Origin: Schmidtea polychroa
Taxonomy: Eukaryota
NCBI GenBank assembly: GCA_044892525.1
Contig: CM097888.1
Span: forward strand, 46,810,001-46,874,000
DNA: 64,000 nt
Direction: 5' to 3'
The notes beneath the pieces were generated by a model that was not told where the DNA came from, did no database searches, and saw only the letters and a list, made by a program, of their open reading frames with translations. Below, piece after piece: positions 1 through 11,568 of the stretch. The position numbers and the translations under genes are program-made. The stretch's first letter is position 1, and the number at the start of each line of letters is the position of its first letter.

Positions 1-53
1 GAAATCTACTCGAATATCATCAGAATTCCTTTGTAGATCATCTCAAATATCTT

Positions 54-1560
54 TTAATCATCAACATTCTTTCTTAAGTCTACTTGTAAATCATCAACCC
101 TAATCTCTACTTTAGCTGTAATTTCATTAAAATTCCCAATATTCAAGATTTTATTTCCTTTCATGTCTAAATCACTCCTCATACCATCATCCGATTTATT
201 AACCAATAAAATATTTGCTTTTTCTATAACCTCTTGTTCATTTAATGCAATTGTGCGTCCATTAAAATGTGTTGTAATCATAATTTTAAAAGAGATAAAA
301 TTATAAATTCAAAAGATTTTCCATCAACAAGTTCTTTTAAAACCCAACAACATAATTGTCCACAAATCCTAGTTCCTTCTTTTGAAACGTAATGTATTAT
401 ATATTACATTTTTATTATTAAGAATTTCTTTGATGGGAAAAATTCTATATGAATCAAAACAGATTTTATATATAAGAGAATACAAAACTCAATGTGATCT
501 TTTCTCCAATGTTGTTTGTAAATTAATTATTAAATTTTTATTTTTGTATATAAAACTTTATCCCTCATTATTACCCTACATTCTAAATTTAAATCTTGAA
601 TAATATCTATCAAATCGAAATTTGTTGTTGTATCATTTCTATACTTTTTTTTAAAAACTAAATCTGTCGCAAGTCACTTGCACTCAAACCTGACGGAGAT
701 AGAGCTGCGGCCTTCGCCAAGGTGATCGCTCGCGTTTAGATCGGGCTGCACCCGCAGACCTTTCGGAGGCCAGACTTGTCCGAGATGTAAACTTAATGAA
801 ATTGTTTCTCCATTGAAATCCAACGAATTATTATTTTGATCAACAATTTTGAAAGATATCTCTCTTTAATCTAATTCTAAATTCGCTTATTCACTATTAC
901 ATTTTGTGCAAACTTTTCTTGATAAAACAGTCTTCAAATTTCCTATTCCTAATAAACGCTGCTTTTTATACTTTTCTTCTCTTTACTTATTTTCTATACT
1001 TTCACATTTTATACACATACCAAGAAAATAATATTTTTCTTTTCTTTTAATAATTTTAAAAGATTCATTTGATTTAGTACATATTTTAAAATACATTTTT
1101 TAAAAACATTATTTTATTATGAATTCAGCAACCACTAGCATGTCCTTTTTTAAAACATGCATGAATCCATTTAACCTAAATAATTATATTTTGGAAGATG
1201 ATGTTCTTCTTTATATTTAGCCTATGATAATTCTGGTAATTTAGAACTCACTTGTTGTTAATCCCCACTACTTTTTATTTTATGAACATTAGTTCCTTCA
1301 TGTTTCGCTTTGTGTGATTTTGAAATATTTTTTTCATAAGATTTGCAAAATTACGTTTGTATACCAAGAATTTTATTTTCTATAATTTTTCCAAGAATAT
1401 TTTATCGAGAATTTTCCAAAAATATTTTCCCAAGAATTTTCCAAGAATTTTATTATCACAGTCCTAGAAATATTCAAAATAATAGAATTTTAAATTCATA
1501 GAATTTTTATTTTCATACTCCTAGAAATATTAAAATTCTTTAAAATTTTGAATATTTTAA
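54..1560 (-). mobile_element. Degenerate Polinton/Maverick (adintovirus-like) remnant with virion-module gene fragments
   Basis: Minus-strand fragments: EHHLPKYNYLG (~1175-1209, like the parvovirus-type PLA2 motif HLPGYNYLGPG); a Cys-spaced small protein MYFKICTKSN...FLGMCIKCES (~990-1100); KIVDQNNNSLDFNGETISLSLHL (~790-870, like the Polinton penton C-terminus); ORF 54-281 with a DLDMKGNKILN fibre-like motif. Stops and frameshifts throughout; short CCAAGAATTTT-type tandem repeats at 1365-1560. Confidence 0.6.
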
Positions 1561-2231
1561 CCAAAGAGCAGTATTAGATTTATCCCTTCCGGAGCCGTAG
1601 CGAAAGGTCCGAACATCAGCTTGTCTGATTAAGGGTCCTTTAGTCCTCGGGTGCGAAAGAGATTAATCTTCTACTACACCAAACACCACTGAGATACATT
1701 TTCTATAGTAGTGGTTAGTGTGTACATCAATTGGTCCCATTAAATTGACTCACCAATTTAATAAATTTCATTTTTCTAGAAATTTATGTTAGCTATTTTT
1801 GAAATGGCTTTCAAATAAGATGTTTAATTTTAAGTAAATTTTAAGACTTGAATTTTGATCCATATAGATATGAGATCATTTTTAAAGTTTTTAAATATTA
1901 CTTTTAGTCAACATTTGTATTATAAATTATTTTGGAATTATTTTGAAGTATTTTTCTAAAACATTTCTAAAACCAATATCAGAAATTATAATGAATATTT
2001 TACTTAATTTTAACTCAAAAATAAATCTTACGGTGATTTTTCGTCATTTTTATGACAATTTAACGTAGTTTCTTTAAAAATACATTTCAAAACGTTTTCA
2101 GCGATCATTTACTTTTTGAAAATTGTCTAAAATAAAGTTATATCGAAAGTTTGCATGTGTTTTTTAGTATGTATTGTGTTTGTGTGCAGTATTTAATTTT
2201 TCTACCACTTTTAGATTTCGATAGTGTAAGG

Positions 2232-3113
2232 CAGCGGTTTTCAACCTTTATGCTACCGCGCCTCCCCCAAAAATATTTTTTTCTTGGCGCCTCCCCATCT
2301 TTTTTTTAATATATTTTTTTGAACGTTGCATTTTGAATATTTATCTCGTGCAATTTTCTGTGAAAAAATTCTATGGGCTTTTTAACATATTCAGGGTGTA
2401 GAGTTTCATGGTACCGTTTTAATTTTACTGGTCTCATACTATCTGAAGCCAAGATTTTCAAACACAACAAACACATTGGTTTTTCTGAGCCATCTATAGC
2501 AACACTTGTAAATCTTAACGATAAATATGATGAACAGTATTGTCTTTTCTTGGGAGATACCTCCTTCTTTTCTCATATTATTCCTACTTGTATCAGCATC
2601 ACTATTTTCATTATTGTCGACTTTTCTCTTGTACCCACTTAAAAATTTATCCATTTGTCTAAAAATATTTTATTGATATAATTTAAAATAAATAATAATT
2701 AAATATAAATATGTAAATATACTAACGATTATTTTCAGGAAGAAATCACGATAATAACAATAACACACCCGCCAATTCGCTTCAGTTGACACTTTTGCGA
2801 CGAGTGACGTATAAATTTGAGGTTATTGTTTCGTGCAACTAGCGGGCGTTTTGTGCATTACCGAAACAGAGCATTGCAAAGGCGCCAATTTTAAAATCTT
2901 CCTCTTCGGATAATTTTTATATACGAATTAATTGTATGTATAGAAATTTAATAAAAATAAAATTAAGTATTTATTTACTGAATTTTTACAGTTTCGTTAC
3001 AATATGAAGTTTTATTTATTTGTAGATATTATAGTATGAAAATCATTTTTTTACCCAAACGTTTTGGCGCCTCCCCTAGCCATAGGCCGCGCCTCCCGGG
3101 TTGGAAACCACTG
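2232..3113 (-). mobile_element. Internally deleted hAT (Charlie/Buster-type) DNA transposon
   Basis: TIRs CAGCGGTTTTCAACC / GGTTGGAAACCACTG; perfect 8-bp TSD GTGTAAGG on both sides. Minus strand ~2370-2550 encodes RQYCSSYLSLRFT...PMCLLCLKILASDSMRPVKLKRYHETLHPEY, the N-terminal zinc finger of Buster/ZBED-like transposases. Confidence 0.9.
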
Positions 3114-3353
3114 GTGTAAGGCGTATCTCATTGCCCTATCAATGAGAACATCAGCGTGAAATCAAAGTAAGTATGTATGTTTCTATAATGTAAGATTATT
3201 GATTTTTTTCTTATAATATAGGAAACGTATCTGAGTGGTTTCTGGTGTACTAATAAATTCACAGAAATTAACAAGGATTATTTCATCCAAAATCAAGTAT
3301 CCCAATTTATTAAAACAAAATAAAAATTATAACTTTGTAATACATAATAAATA

Positions 3354-3700
3354 TCATATTTTAATTTCTGCATAATCATCAACACTGTATTGTTCATAGT
3401 CATAATCATTTATGTTAGGAGCAATGACTGGAGGCATCCTCCGGTTTTGTATTTCAATTGTTTCCATTCTTTATTATAAATTAACTAAAATCACTTAAAT
3501 TATTATTAAACTTACTTTTTGAATCGAGGTAAAATTTTATATTTCACCAAGAAAAAAATTATAATCAACAGTAAAACAACAAAAGCTGCAAATTCTAGGA
3601 TAAACCAATTCTAAATTTGTAACCAAAATTAATTTTAAATATTATACGTAATACTTTTATAAATTCTTGAAAAGAAAACGTCTTGCAAACGAAAGCCGTC
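3354..3700 (-). CDS. 3' exons of a single-pass membrane protein (TM helix plus Tyr-rich tail ending AEIKI*)
   Basis: Exons ending at 3655, 3610-3516 and 3468-3354 join in frame through GT-AG introns of 44 and 47 nt: ...AFVCKTFSFQEFIK/NWFILEFAAFVVLLLIIIFFLVKYKILPRFKK/METIEIQNRRMPPVIAPNINDYDYEQYSVDDYAEIKI*. The 5' boundary is unresolved. Confidence 0.5.
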
Positions 3701-3784
3701 CCTAATTTAGCGATATTGTCCATACATATTAGAAATGTCATGAAGTTTTGCCGAGAACCGAATGAGTTTTAACATTCTTTGTAT

Positions 3785-3891
3785 ATGTTTTGACTATGAA
3801 TCAGTAAAGATTTCGATGTTTTCATTGATATCTTTACTGATTCATAGTCAAGCTTTTTAATAAATACAATATCAGTTGAAAAGAAATCAGT

Positions 3892-3893
<2 letters not shown>
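3785..3893. repeat. Fold-back palindromic repeat family (MITE-like), first copy
   Basis: Long palindrome GACTATGAATCAGTAAAGAT-loop-ATCTTTACTGATTCATAGTC plus an arm ending ...AAAGTTCTTATAA in fuller copies. Related copies at ~4188-4245, 13520-13670, 27630-27735, 32085-32215, 49975-50035 and 53950-54085. Confidence 0.8.

Positions 3894-3940
<47 letters not shown>
3893..3940. repeat. (TA)n microsatellite
   Basis: Direct reading; similar tracts at ~5353-5405, 25651-25688 and 31480-31505. Confidence 0.95.
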
Positions 3941-3945
<5 letters not shown>

Positions 3946-5348
3946 AAGAATGTTAAGAGATATGTAAAAACATATGTAAGGAAAACTCTTTGTCGTAAAA
4001 CTGTTGTCATAAGTTATGGTATTATAGAGTAACTTTTTGGGTTGTATATTGTAAACTGAACTCATATGACGTAGACTAGATGAAATTATCATTTACCAGT
4101 GACTGATACTTATATTAGCGTGAAATTAATTTTGTTAAATGCAAACTTGGACTTTGTAAAATATTGCAACTTTCATTTATATTATTCTAAGAACCTTTTT
4201 TCAATTTTCACCACTGATTTCTTTTCAATTGACATTGTATTTATATGATTATATGAGATTATTCTTATCTATTACATTTTTATAATATTATTTGTTCCCC
4301 ATAAAATTTCCCAATCTTTGCAGATGGATAGACAATTAAAAGAAAACTTTCCTAAATGATCTCAATTCAAACAAATGATATGAGACTGTACTTGTCAATG
4401 GTTATTAATCAAACTCGGACAGCATTCAATTGCCTAGGTAAAGGTTTGACACTTTGCGGGGTAGCTTTTCATTTAACTTGAAGAATTTTATTAGAAGTCC
4501 AAAGCCCAAAGAATGGTCACCAAATCAAGCCAAGATGACAGTGTTGACAACCATACGATCATTTCTTTACAGTGATAAAAGATCTAATGATGACGCCAAT
4601 GAAAAGAAATGAAATTGAAATTATGGAATTTTAAATTATAATTAAAAAGAAAAATTTAATGTTTAATGTTTAATGTTTACCTGGTATTCTTTCAATGTCT
4701 TAGGAAGACTTTCCGTGTTCATCTTTAAAAGGTTTGTCACCTCATGTTGAAATACTTAATATATTCATAAAATTAATTGAACTTTATTACTGTAGATTTA
4801 CATAGAGTTCCTTCATATGTTTCACAAATATTGCTGGAGTTGGACGAGCCAATGTTAACCATATTCGGTATTTCCGATTGTATCCTGGTAAACCTCTTGA
4901 TGACATTGTGACTCCCTATCTGGACTTTCTCATTAGGAGATAAAGGTTATAATAAAGCACTACTCGTATGGTGAAAAGTGAATATTGATAAGTTAATAAT
5001 AGCACATTCGTTGAGTGAAAGGCAACACCGAACAAATATCTAGACTGTGACTGATTATTATTGACAATGGTCATAGCAATTTTATTTTCCTGATTTATGG
5101 TAAATAAAACATAATAAGACTCACTAAACTTAAATTAGCAACAAAAAATAAAAAACAACTGTTACTTGATTTTCAATTCGATTAAACAAAAATTCTTGGA
5201 ATATTTCGGTTTCCATATTAATTTCAACACCAAGGTCCATTTTGAATCATGATCTTTGATGTATATTTGATAAGGCTCTTTGAATGTTGGCAAATCTAAT
5301 TTATTATATTTTATATAAGTCTCTGTGTTACTTGTGTTGACCATGTCC

Positions 5349-5409
<61 letters not shown>

Positions 5410-5924
5410 ATAATATTAAAAAGTATATTTATTTTATTTTTTAAATGATTTAACTAATACTTTGGCGCTAAATTGCGTCATTAATATTTTATTGAAAACA
5501 TTATTATTTTTTAGCATTGTAAAATTGTTTTAATTTTCCTTGATGAAGGTCAAAATTGAAAGTGAGTCGTCATGAAAAGCAACTTCCAAAGAATATGAAA
5601 ACAAAATTATAGAGCTATAGAAATTTAAATCTACAGAATACTTGGGCACATAACAAGATTAAAGGAAAATTGACAATGTTTTTAAGGTAGACTGTATTGT
5701 CACATTATTTTGTCACTGTAAGAGAGTTAATGTCCTAGCAGGTGTTAATATACACAAAACGGCAATTGTAGATTGCAAAAGTGAGAATGATTTAAAGATT
5801 AATAATATAAATAAAATCTACCAATAATAAATGTGTGTGTGTCATATAGCCAAAAATTGGAATTTAATTAAATTCATGGGCAGATAGAAAAATTCACTGT
5901 GGGAAGAAAAATAATATATATATA

Positions 5925-7272
5925 TAAGTAATGATATTACATTAGAGGCCAAGGACCAAATGTGAAGCAGTTCAGAGTATATACAGAGTATATATACAGA
6001 CAGCACATGTACAACATAAACAAGAAAGGTCAAGAGTAAGATATATCAATTTGATACAAAAAACACAGACAATGTTAGAAATTATGGAAGAACAGAAGAA
6101 AGATAAATTGTTCCAGGAAGTGATGGAAATTCTTAAGAATCAGATAGATTTTCGGAAAGAATCGTTTCTAAATAGTTTTTTATTCAGATATAAAAATCGG
6201 TTAAAGATATCGGATGATATGCTTGTATTGGAATCAAACAAAATAGATCTAGTGATAATCCCAAAAAGCTATCAATCTAAACTAGTGATTAAAATACATG
6301 AAGATTTATGTCACGTTGGAATTAAGAAACTGTTTCATTATTTGGAAGGGAATTTTTTCTGGCCGAAAATCCTAGAAACCGTTAAAGAGATAGTAAAACG
6401 ATGTGTCACGTGTGCAAGAAGGAAAATAGACCAAGGGAGGACAAAGGAAATTTTAATTCCACATGAAAGTTCTGAATTTCTAGAACAGATTGTGATGGAT
6501 GTTGCTTTCGTGGAGAGAACTTCAACCGACAAAAAGGATGTTATCGTTATTATTGATATGTTTAGCAAATTAGTAAGTCTAAAACCTATTTTGAAGACGC
6601 TAATGAACAATTGGATTTACAAATATGGTAAACCTCAAAGTATATTCACAGACAGAGTGCGAAATTTTGAAAGCAAATATTTTAAGGAAAAATTAGAACA
6701 ACTTGGAATAAAGCAAGAATTTGCCTCGACATATCAACATCAGTCGAATGGCTTAGTGGAAAGAGCTATCAGAACAATGAGAGATTTACTTGTGACTACG
6801 ATGAAAGGGGGCTGTGCTGAAAAACAGTGGCACGAACTACTGCCTCGAATTGAATTCAGTATAAATGCAACTTATCAAAGTTCTACAAAATATTCACCAT
6901 TTGAGATAGTATATGGACGGAAAATAACGTTACACGCTAATTCTAGACTCAAACATCAAGTACACGATATTTCGGAAGAAGCACAAAAGAATAACAAGTA
7001 ATCTGCGCAAAAGATGAGAACATTCGGAAAAGACATTTTGAAGTGGGGGAGGAGGTAGTAGTAAGACGAGAACCACATAGAAGAAACAAAAATGATATTC
7101 AATATGATGGTCCATATAAAATTCTTAGATTTGTTTCAGATCATCAAGTTGAATTGCAATATCCAGATACAACGCGGCACCGACGAATCGAATGGCATCA
7201 ATCTTATGAAGGGGAGAGTAATGCTATTACATTGGAGGCCAAGGACCAAATGTGAAGCAGTTCAGAGTATAT
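5925..7272 (+). mobile_element. Gypsy/Ty3 LTR retrotransposon remnant (integrase region between short LTR-like direct repeats)
   Basis: ORF 6051-7001 has the HHCC zinc motif (IHEDLCHVG...CVTC) and DDE core (VMDV, IFTDR, NGLVERAIRT), followed by a frameshifted GPY motif (QYDGPYKI). A ~55-bp direct repeat GTAATG(A/C)TATTACATT(A/G)GAGGCCAAGGACCAAATGTGAAGCAGTTCAGAGTATAT occurs at ~5928 and ~7218; purine tract GAAGGGGAGAG precedes the 3' copy. Confidence 0.85.
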
Positions 7273-7519
7273 TGCGCAATTCAATACAATGTGTTAGTTA
7301 TTACGCAATATACATTACTATTTAAGAGTGATCACTCTGTGTTAATATATAAAATAAAATAATATATAAAATAAAAGTTACAACCAATAGGACATTAATT
7401 AAACTCCTGGACATTTAATAATCTCCAAATTTTAATTTTAAAATTATTAAATATGAATACATAAGAGAATATCTTTTATAATAACTCATTTTTAAGTATT
7501 TTGTATTTATGAATTTAGC

Positions 7520-8200
7520 AGAATGAGCTTCAATAATAAATTTTCTGCAATACACCGAGCAGTTAATACGATCCTCTCAAAACCCAGATTCGAGTAATTT
7601 AACTATACTAAATGCATGATGAAATAAAGCATTTTAGGAAAAATGTGAAACTTCTGTTCATGTTTAAATAAACATATAAAAGCATGTAAGCAACTTTTCT
7701 AACAATTAATTGATGCTGTACTCGAAGAAATTAATAACCATATCAGCAAAAGAGCAACCAAGTTAATGCTAACTATATATTCTCTACACTCTAATGCAGA
7801 TAATTTCTTTGATTTCCACTCTATCAAACCATTTGTTAAATAGCTCTAATTGTCCGAGGTTGACACAAAACAACTAAGGTGCGAGATGAAAATCACAGTC
7901 TTTTATTACTGAAATATTGGCTCAACTAAGAGTAATAAAGATTCTCCAGCTGACACTCTAGAATTATTTCCGCCAGTGTGTGAAGGATTCCCTTTGCTTT
8001 ACAATTTTTTATGCCTGCTTTGACTTATGGTGCATAGTTCCTCATCCTTTATATGGATTTTAGCAAATTTCAGGCTCTCCGTGTCGCAGGGACGACTGTG
8101 GAATCTTACATTGTTATCTTTTGAAAAGAAACTTACCAGTGACATTTGCATCGAAGAACCTTTGGCAGCATTTTAACTTAAAAATCCAGTAGTTTACAAT
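7520..8200 (+). mobile_element. Highly degenerate hAT transposase C-terminal remnant (ZMYM1-like, dimerisation region)
   Basis: Frameshifted fragments such as IDAVLEEINN and EGFPLLYNF...LTY...LLSFEKKLTSDICIEE resemble hAT dimerisation-domain consensus. Confidence 0.4.
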
Positions 8201-8518
8201 TGTGGGGCTGTTTTATAATCTTAGGTTTATTCTGTTGAAGTTTGATGTTTTGATGATTGCTTTTGAGTGGATTTGTTAGAAAGCTTTTCAGAAATTCTGA
8301 AGATTATGAATTTTGAAAAATAAAGATTGTAAGGAATTAGTGGGAAATGGTTGAGAGGTGGTGATATATTTCATTAAGTACTGTTTAAAAAGTCAGTTAA
8401 AAAATGAACGAATAAGTGGTTAAGAAATGCAAGGTTCGAAGACTGCACACGTTTTACCACATATGTTATCAGTAAACAATGAACGCAGAACACATGGTTT
8501 GTATTGTTTAAAAATTAC

Positions 8519-8845
8519 CTTTATTGCAATATTTGAAATTGAGGACGGAAATGGCACAATTATTAACTAAAGGTATCAGGGATATGTTCTTCTGGTGGAT
8601 TGAATCACCGGATATTTCAATATATTCATTGAAACATGATGATAAAACCTTATCACCATACCCTGTCAATAATATTTGCTCGTCATTGAAGTAAAATTTA
8701 TCTACACAGCCGATCATTTGATTTCGGTTAGGAAGGGTTTTAATGTTTCCATCTCCAGTGTAATACCCAATATTCCCAATCCATATACTTGACCTATTAT
8801 TTCCTTTGGAATAACCTTTTGGTTTCGGATATAACTCCCACTGGT
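8519..8845 (-). CDS. Laminin-G-like domain exon (C-terminal half)
   Basis: 327-nt phase 1-1 exon bounded by TTTTAG and GTAATT, open throughout: QWELYPKPKGYSKGNNRSSIWIGNIG...QMIGCVDKFYFNDEQI...; SIWIG...GCVDKFYFN matches the LamG lyiGG...fxGCixxvxiN pattern. Confidence 0.55.
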
Positions 8846-9999
8846 CTAAAAAGGATATGTAACAAACTGTGGATATATAGAAAATAGATTAAATAAATTG
8901 TTTGTATTTTTATTTAAAAATTTTTATTTCGGTTAATCAGTTCTTTATTTCCTTTAAGATGTAACACGGAGACCTTGAAGGAAATAAAACGTCACTTTTT
9001 GAGGAAATGTTCCGCTCAGTAATTTGAATATTATTCGCATCCCAAATAATAATAACAATTGAATATAAATGTTTGTTTTAACACAATCGCTACCAGAACC
9101 TAGGAGGAAATTCCACCACTATAGTCCAGAAGTTTTATTGTTTAAATACGACAATAGTTTTTGTTGGGTGCATTTCTGACATTCTACACCAAACTCCGCG
9201 GTAAAACTTAATGACGGTAAAACCATTAAGTATAGCAAGATAAAAAAAGAATTAATGCTTTTAAATCAACTATAGAATTACTGTATGCATCGCGTGTTAG
9301 GCTCGAGTCAACATTAGGTCATGGCGGCTCTAAAGACATCGAAGCAATGAATTTATGTAATGAGTTTCAAATCTATTAATAGTATAGATAGATTGATTAA
9401 GTTATTCCATAATAATGCGTATTTAAAGTTTTCCTTACAACTAATGGTGTATGAAACAGTTGATAAGTGTGTTGATAAGCTGAATGAAATTGATGACATA
9501 CCTGGTGTCAATTTTTTTTAATTCCTTTAAGATTTTTTATTTTATTAATACGGAAATTTTTGTAATGAGTGTGATTGATGATGCTCAGTTGAATAGCACT
9601 GATAGCACTACTGCTAAATTTGATAAAATAAAAGAAATTGATTCATCGCTTGATGTTGATTTTAAAAATGTTTTACTGTTTTCGAGGATTTTAGAAATTG
9701 TAGAAAAGCTAAAAAATATTGGAAGTAGCAATGTTAAAATTATTTCAGTTTTGTAAAGTTAAATTTATGTTCAGTTAAAAATCTGTGACACATTGTAGTA
9801 TATGTTCTGATCTTGTATTTAGTTTTATTTGTAATGTGTCTAATGCCACATACATTTGTAAGGCTGTCCGTATTCTTTGTTAATGAATTCAAGAGCATGC
9901 CCAATTGAGTGAAAACAGTATTATTATTATTATTAAGCATAATAAGACATAAAAATTAATTAAAAATAGACGTTTCCAATTTTAAAGTGTTATCTAAGA

Positions 10000-10319
10000 C
10001 AGTGCTTCTCAAACTTTCTGATGTGGCGTACCGGCAGATGTTTTTTTTATTCGACAGGGACCGACTAGCCTATGTCATAGAGTAAAATATCAGTTAAATC
10101 TTTTAAAAAAGTGCATACAATAACTGTTTCCAATTAAATTACTACCATGCTGTATTCTTATTAGATAAATAAACAAAAAATATCAGTCACATGACCCACC
10201 TGTTTCTCATGGTATGTAATTTTACATTTGTTTATTTTCCTTTGAAAATCTCTTCGGTACCGGCAGACTATTGCTTGCGTACCGGCACCGGTACGCGTAC
10301 CACACTTTGAGTAGCACTG
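10000..10319. mobile_element. hAT-Charlie MITE
   Basis: TIRs CAGTGCTTCTCAAA / TTTGAGTAGCACTG; perfect 8-bp TSD ATCTAAGA. Confidence 0.9.
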
Positions 10320-11166
10320 ATCTAAGAATTTCAAAAACTATTGAGGACGTATTACTTATGAGGCCTTTATAATAACTTCATTTACTTCAAAAATCAACAT
10401 ACAAAATGCATTAACTGTGTATTTTAAGAGTATATCATTGATTTTATCAGGTTTTATTAATTTTGTTGGATTCCAACATATAATTATGTTATTACTAATA
10501 AGTATAAGTATTAGAAATATCTTTCCGGTGGATTAGTAGGAGCTCAAGTATTAATAGGATTCATAAATTATAATTTTAATACGTTCCAAAAAATATATGT
10601 TTATAAAAACAATTCCTATTAAAACAAATAATCAGGAGGTTTTTAATTATGTTCATAAACTTAGCAAAATTAATTTCCCATGCATTCGATCAAACTAATT
10701 TCTCAATCATATTGTATTTAATTATTTGTTAAAAATTATGAAATATTTTATGAAAATTTACTAAAATGTTTTAATTTTTTAAAGTATTAATGTTTTATAA
10801 GTTTAATTTTAAAATATTCCTACAATAGGTATAATCTATTTTATTGAAATTGTTTAGTATCTGATAATGACAGCCGAGTAGTAAAAGTATATTGCAAAAA
10901 TATATAAAGGAAATATCTTTCTTTTATTTTATATGAATAAGTTATTGTCATAATTTCATTGACAGGGTTGAGTTGATTATATGTGATGCATGTATATTAA
11001 TTCTATATTTATTTGCACATATTCTATAATATTTCCCTTTAAATGTTTGTATTATTTTTCAGTCTTTAAACAGGGAAGCCAGAAAATTCCATTAAATTAT
11101 TAAAATTATCAAGCTGTTTTAAAATAATTTTATATGAAAATTTGAACAATCTGTATTTACTCTAAC

Positions 11167-11568
11167 CTTGATTGAATGAACCGTTCAAATAAACACTCGT
11201 TTCGTAATTTCGACATTTAATTACGATGTTTGATTGCAATATCCGAATAATGAACGTCATGTAAATGTCCGAACAATTTCCGCAGCCACCTTAAATATGT
11301 CAAATGTATAAACAAAATGTAATAATTTTTTTACAAATATTTTCACTTGATACTTTTCTTATAAATTTATTAATTTTCAAAATAAATTTCTTCTCTTTAT
11401 TCCTCGATTCGATTTCTATGAGAAATTTATTGAAAGGATCAATTCCGTAGATCATGATCCCAGTGGGATCTTGTGCAAAAATTGAGAAATTAAATTCAGA
11501 ACTGGCCATTAGGTGGTTGTCAAACTCATTGAATGTATAATTTGAAAATGAGTACCCAATTAAGGTTA
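11167..11568 (-). CDS. Laminin-G-like domain exons (N-terminal half), two exons 11568-11335 and 11289-11167
   Basis: Phase-1 exons joined by a 45-nt GT-AG intron give TLIGYSFSNYTFNEF...SEFNFSIFAQDPTGIMIYGID...FLIEIES...ENICGCGNCSDIYMTFIIRILQSNIVIK; matches the LamG start pattern (F.G.SY; isf.FrT..p.GlLly). Confidence 0.55.

Noticed and set aside
382-603. Plus-strand 73-aa ORF and many similar short hydrophobic ORFs in the track
   Set aside because: They are low-complexity AT-rich chance ORFs or antisense shadows of dynein exons and TE sequence; no recognisable motifs.
4760-4960. CETYEGTLCKS as the start of a ROR/Frizzled CRD
   Set aside because: Several frames are open on both strands and no splice path continues the Cys pattern; kept only as a possible exon of the LamG-TM gene.
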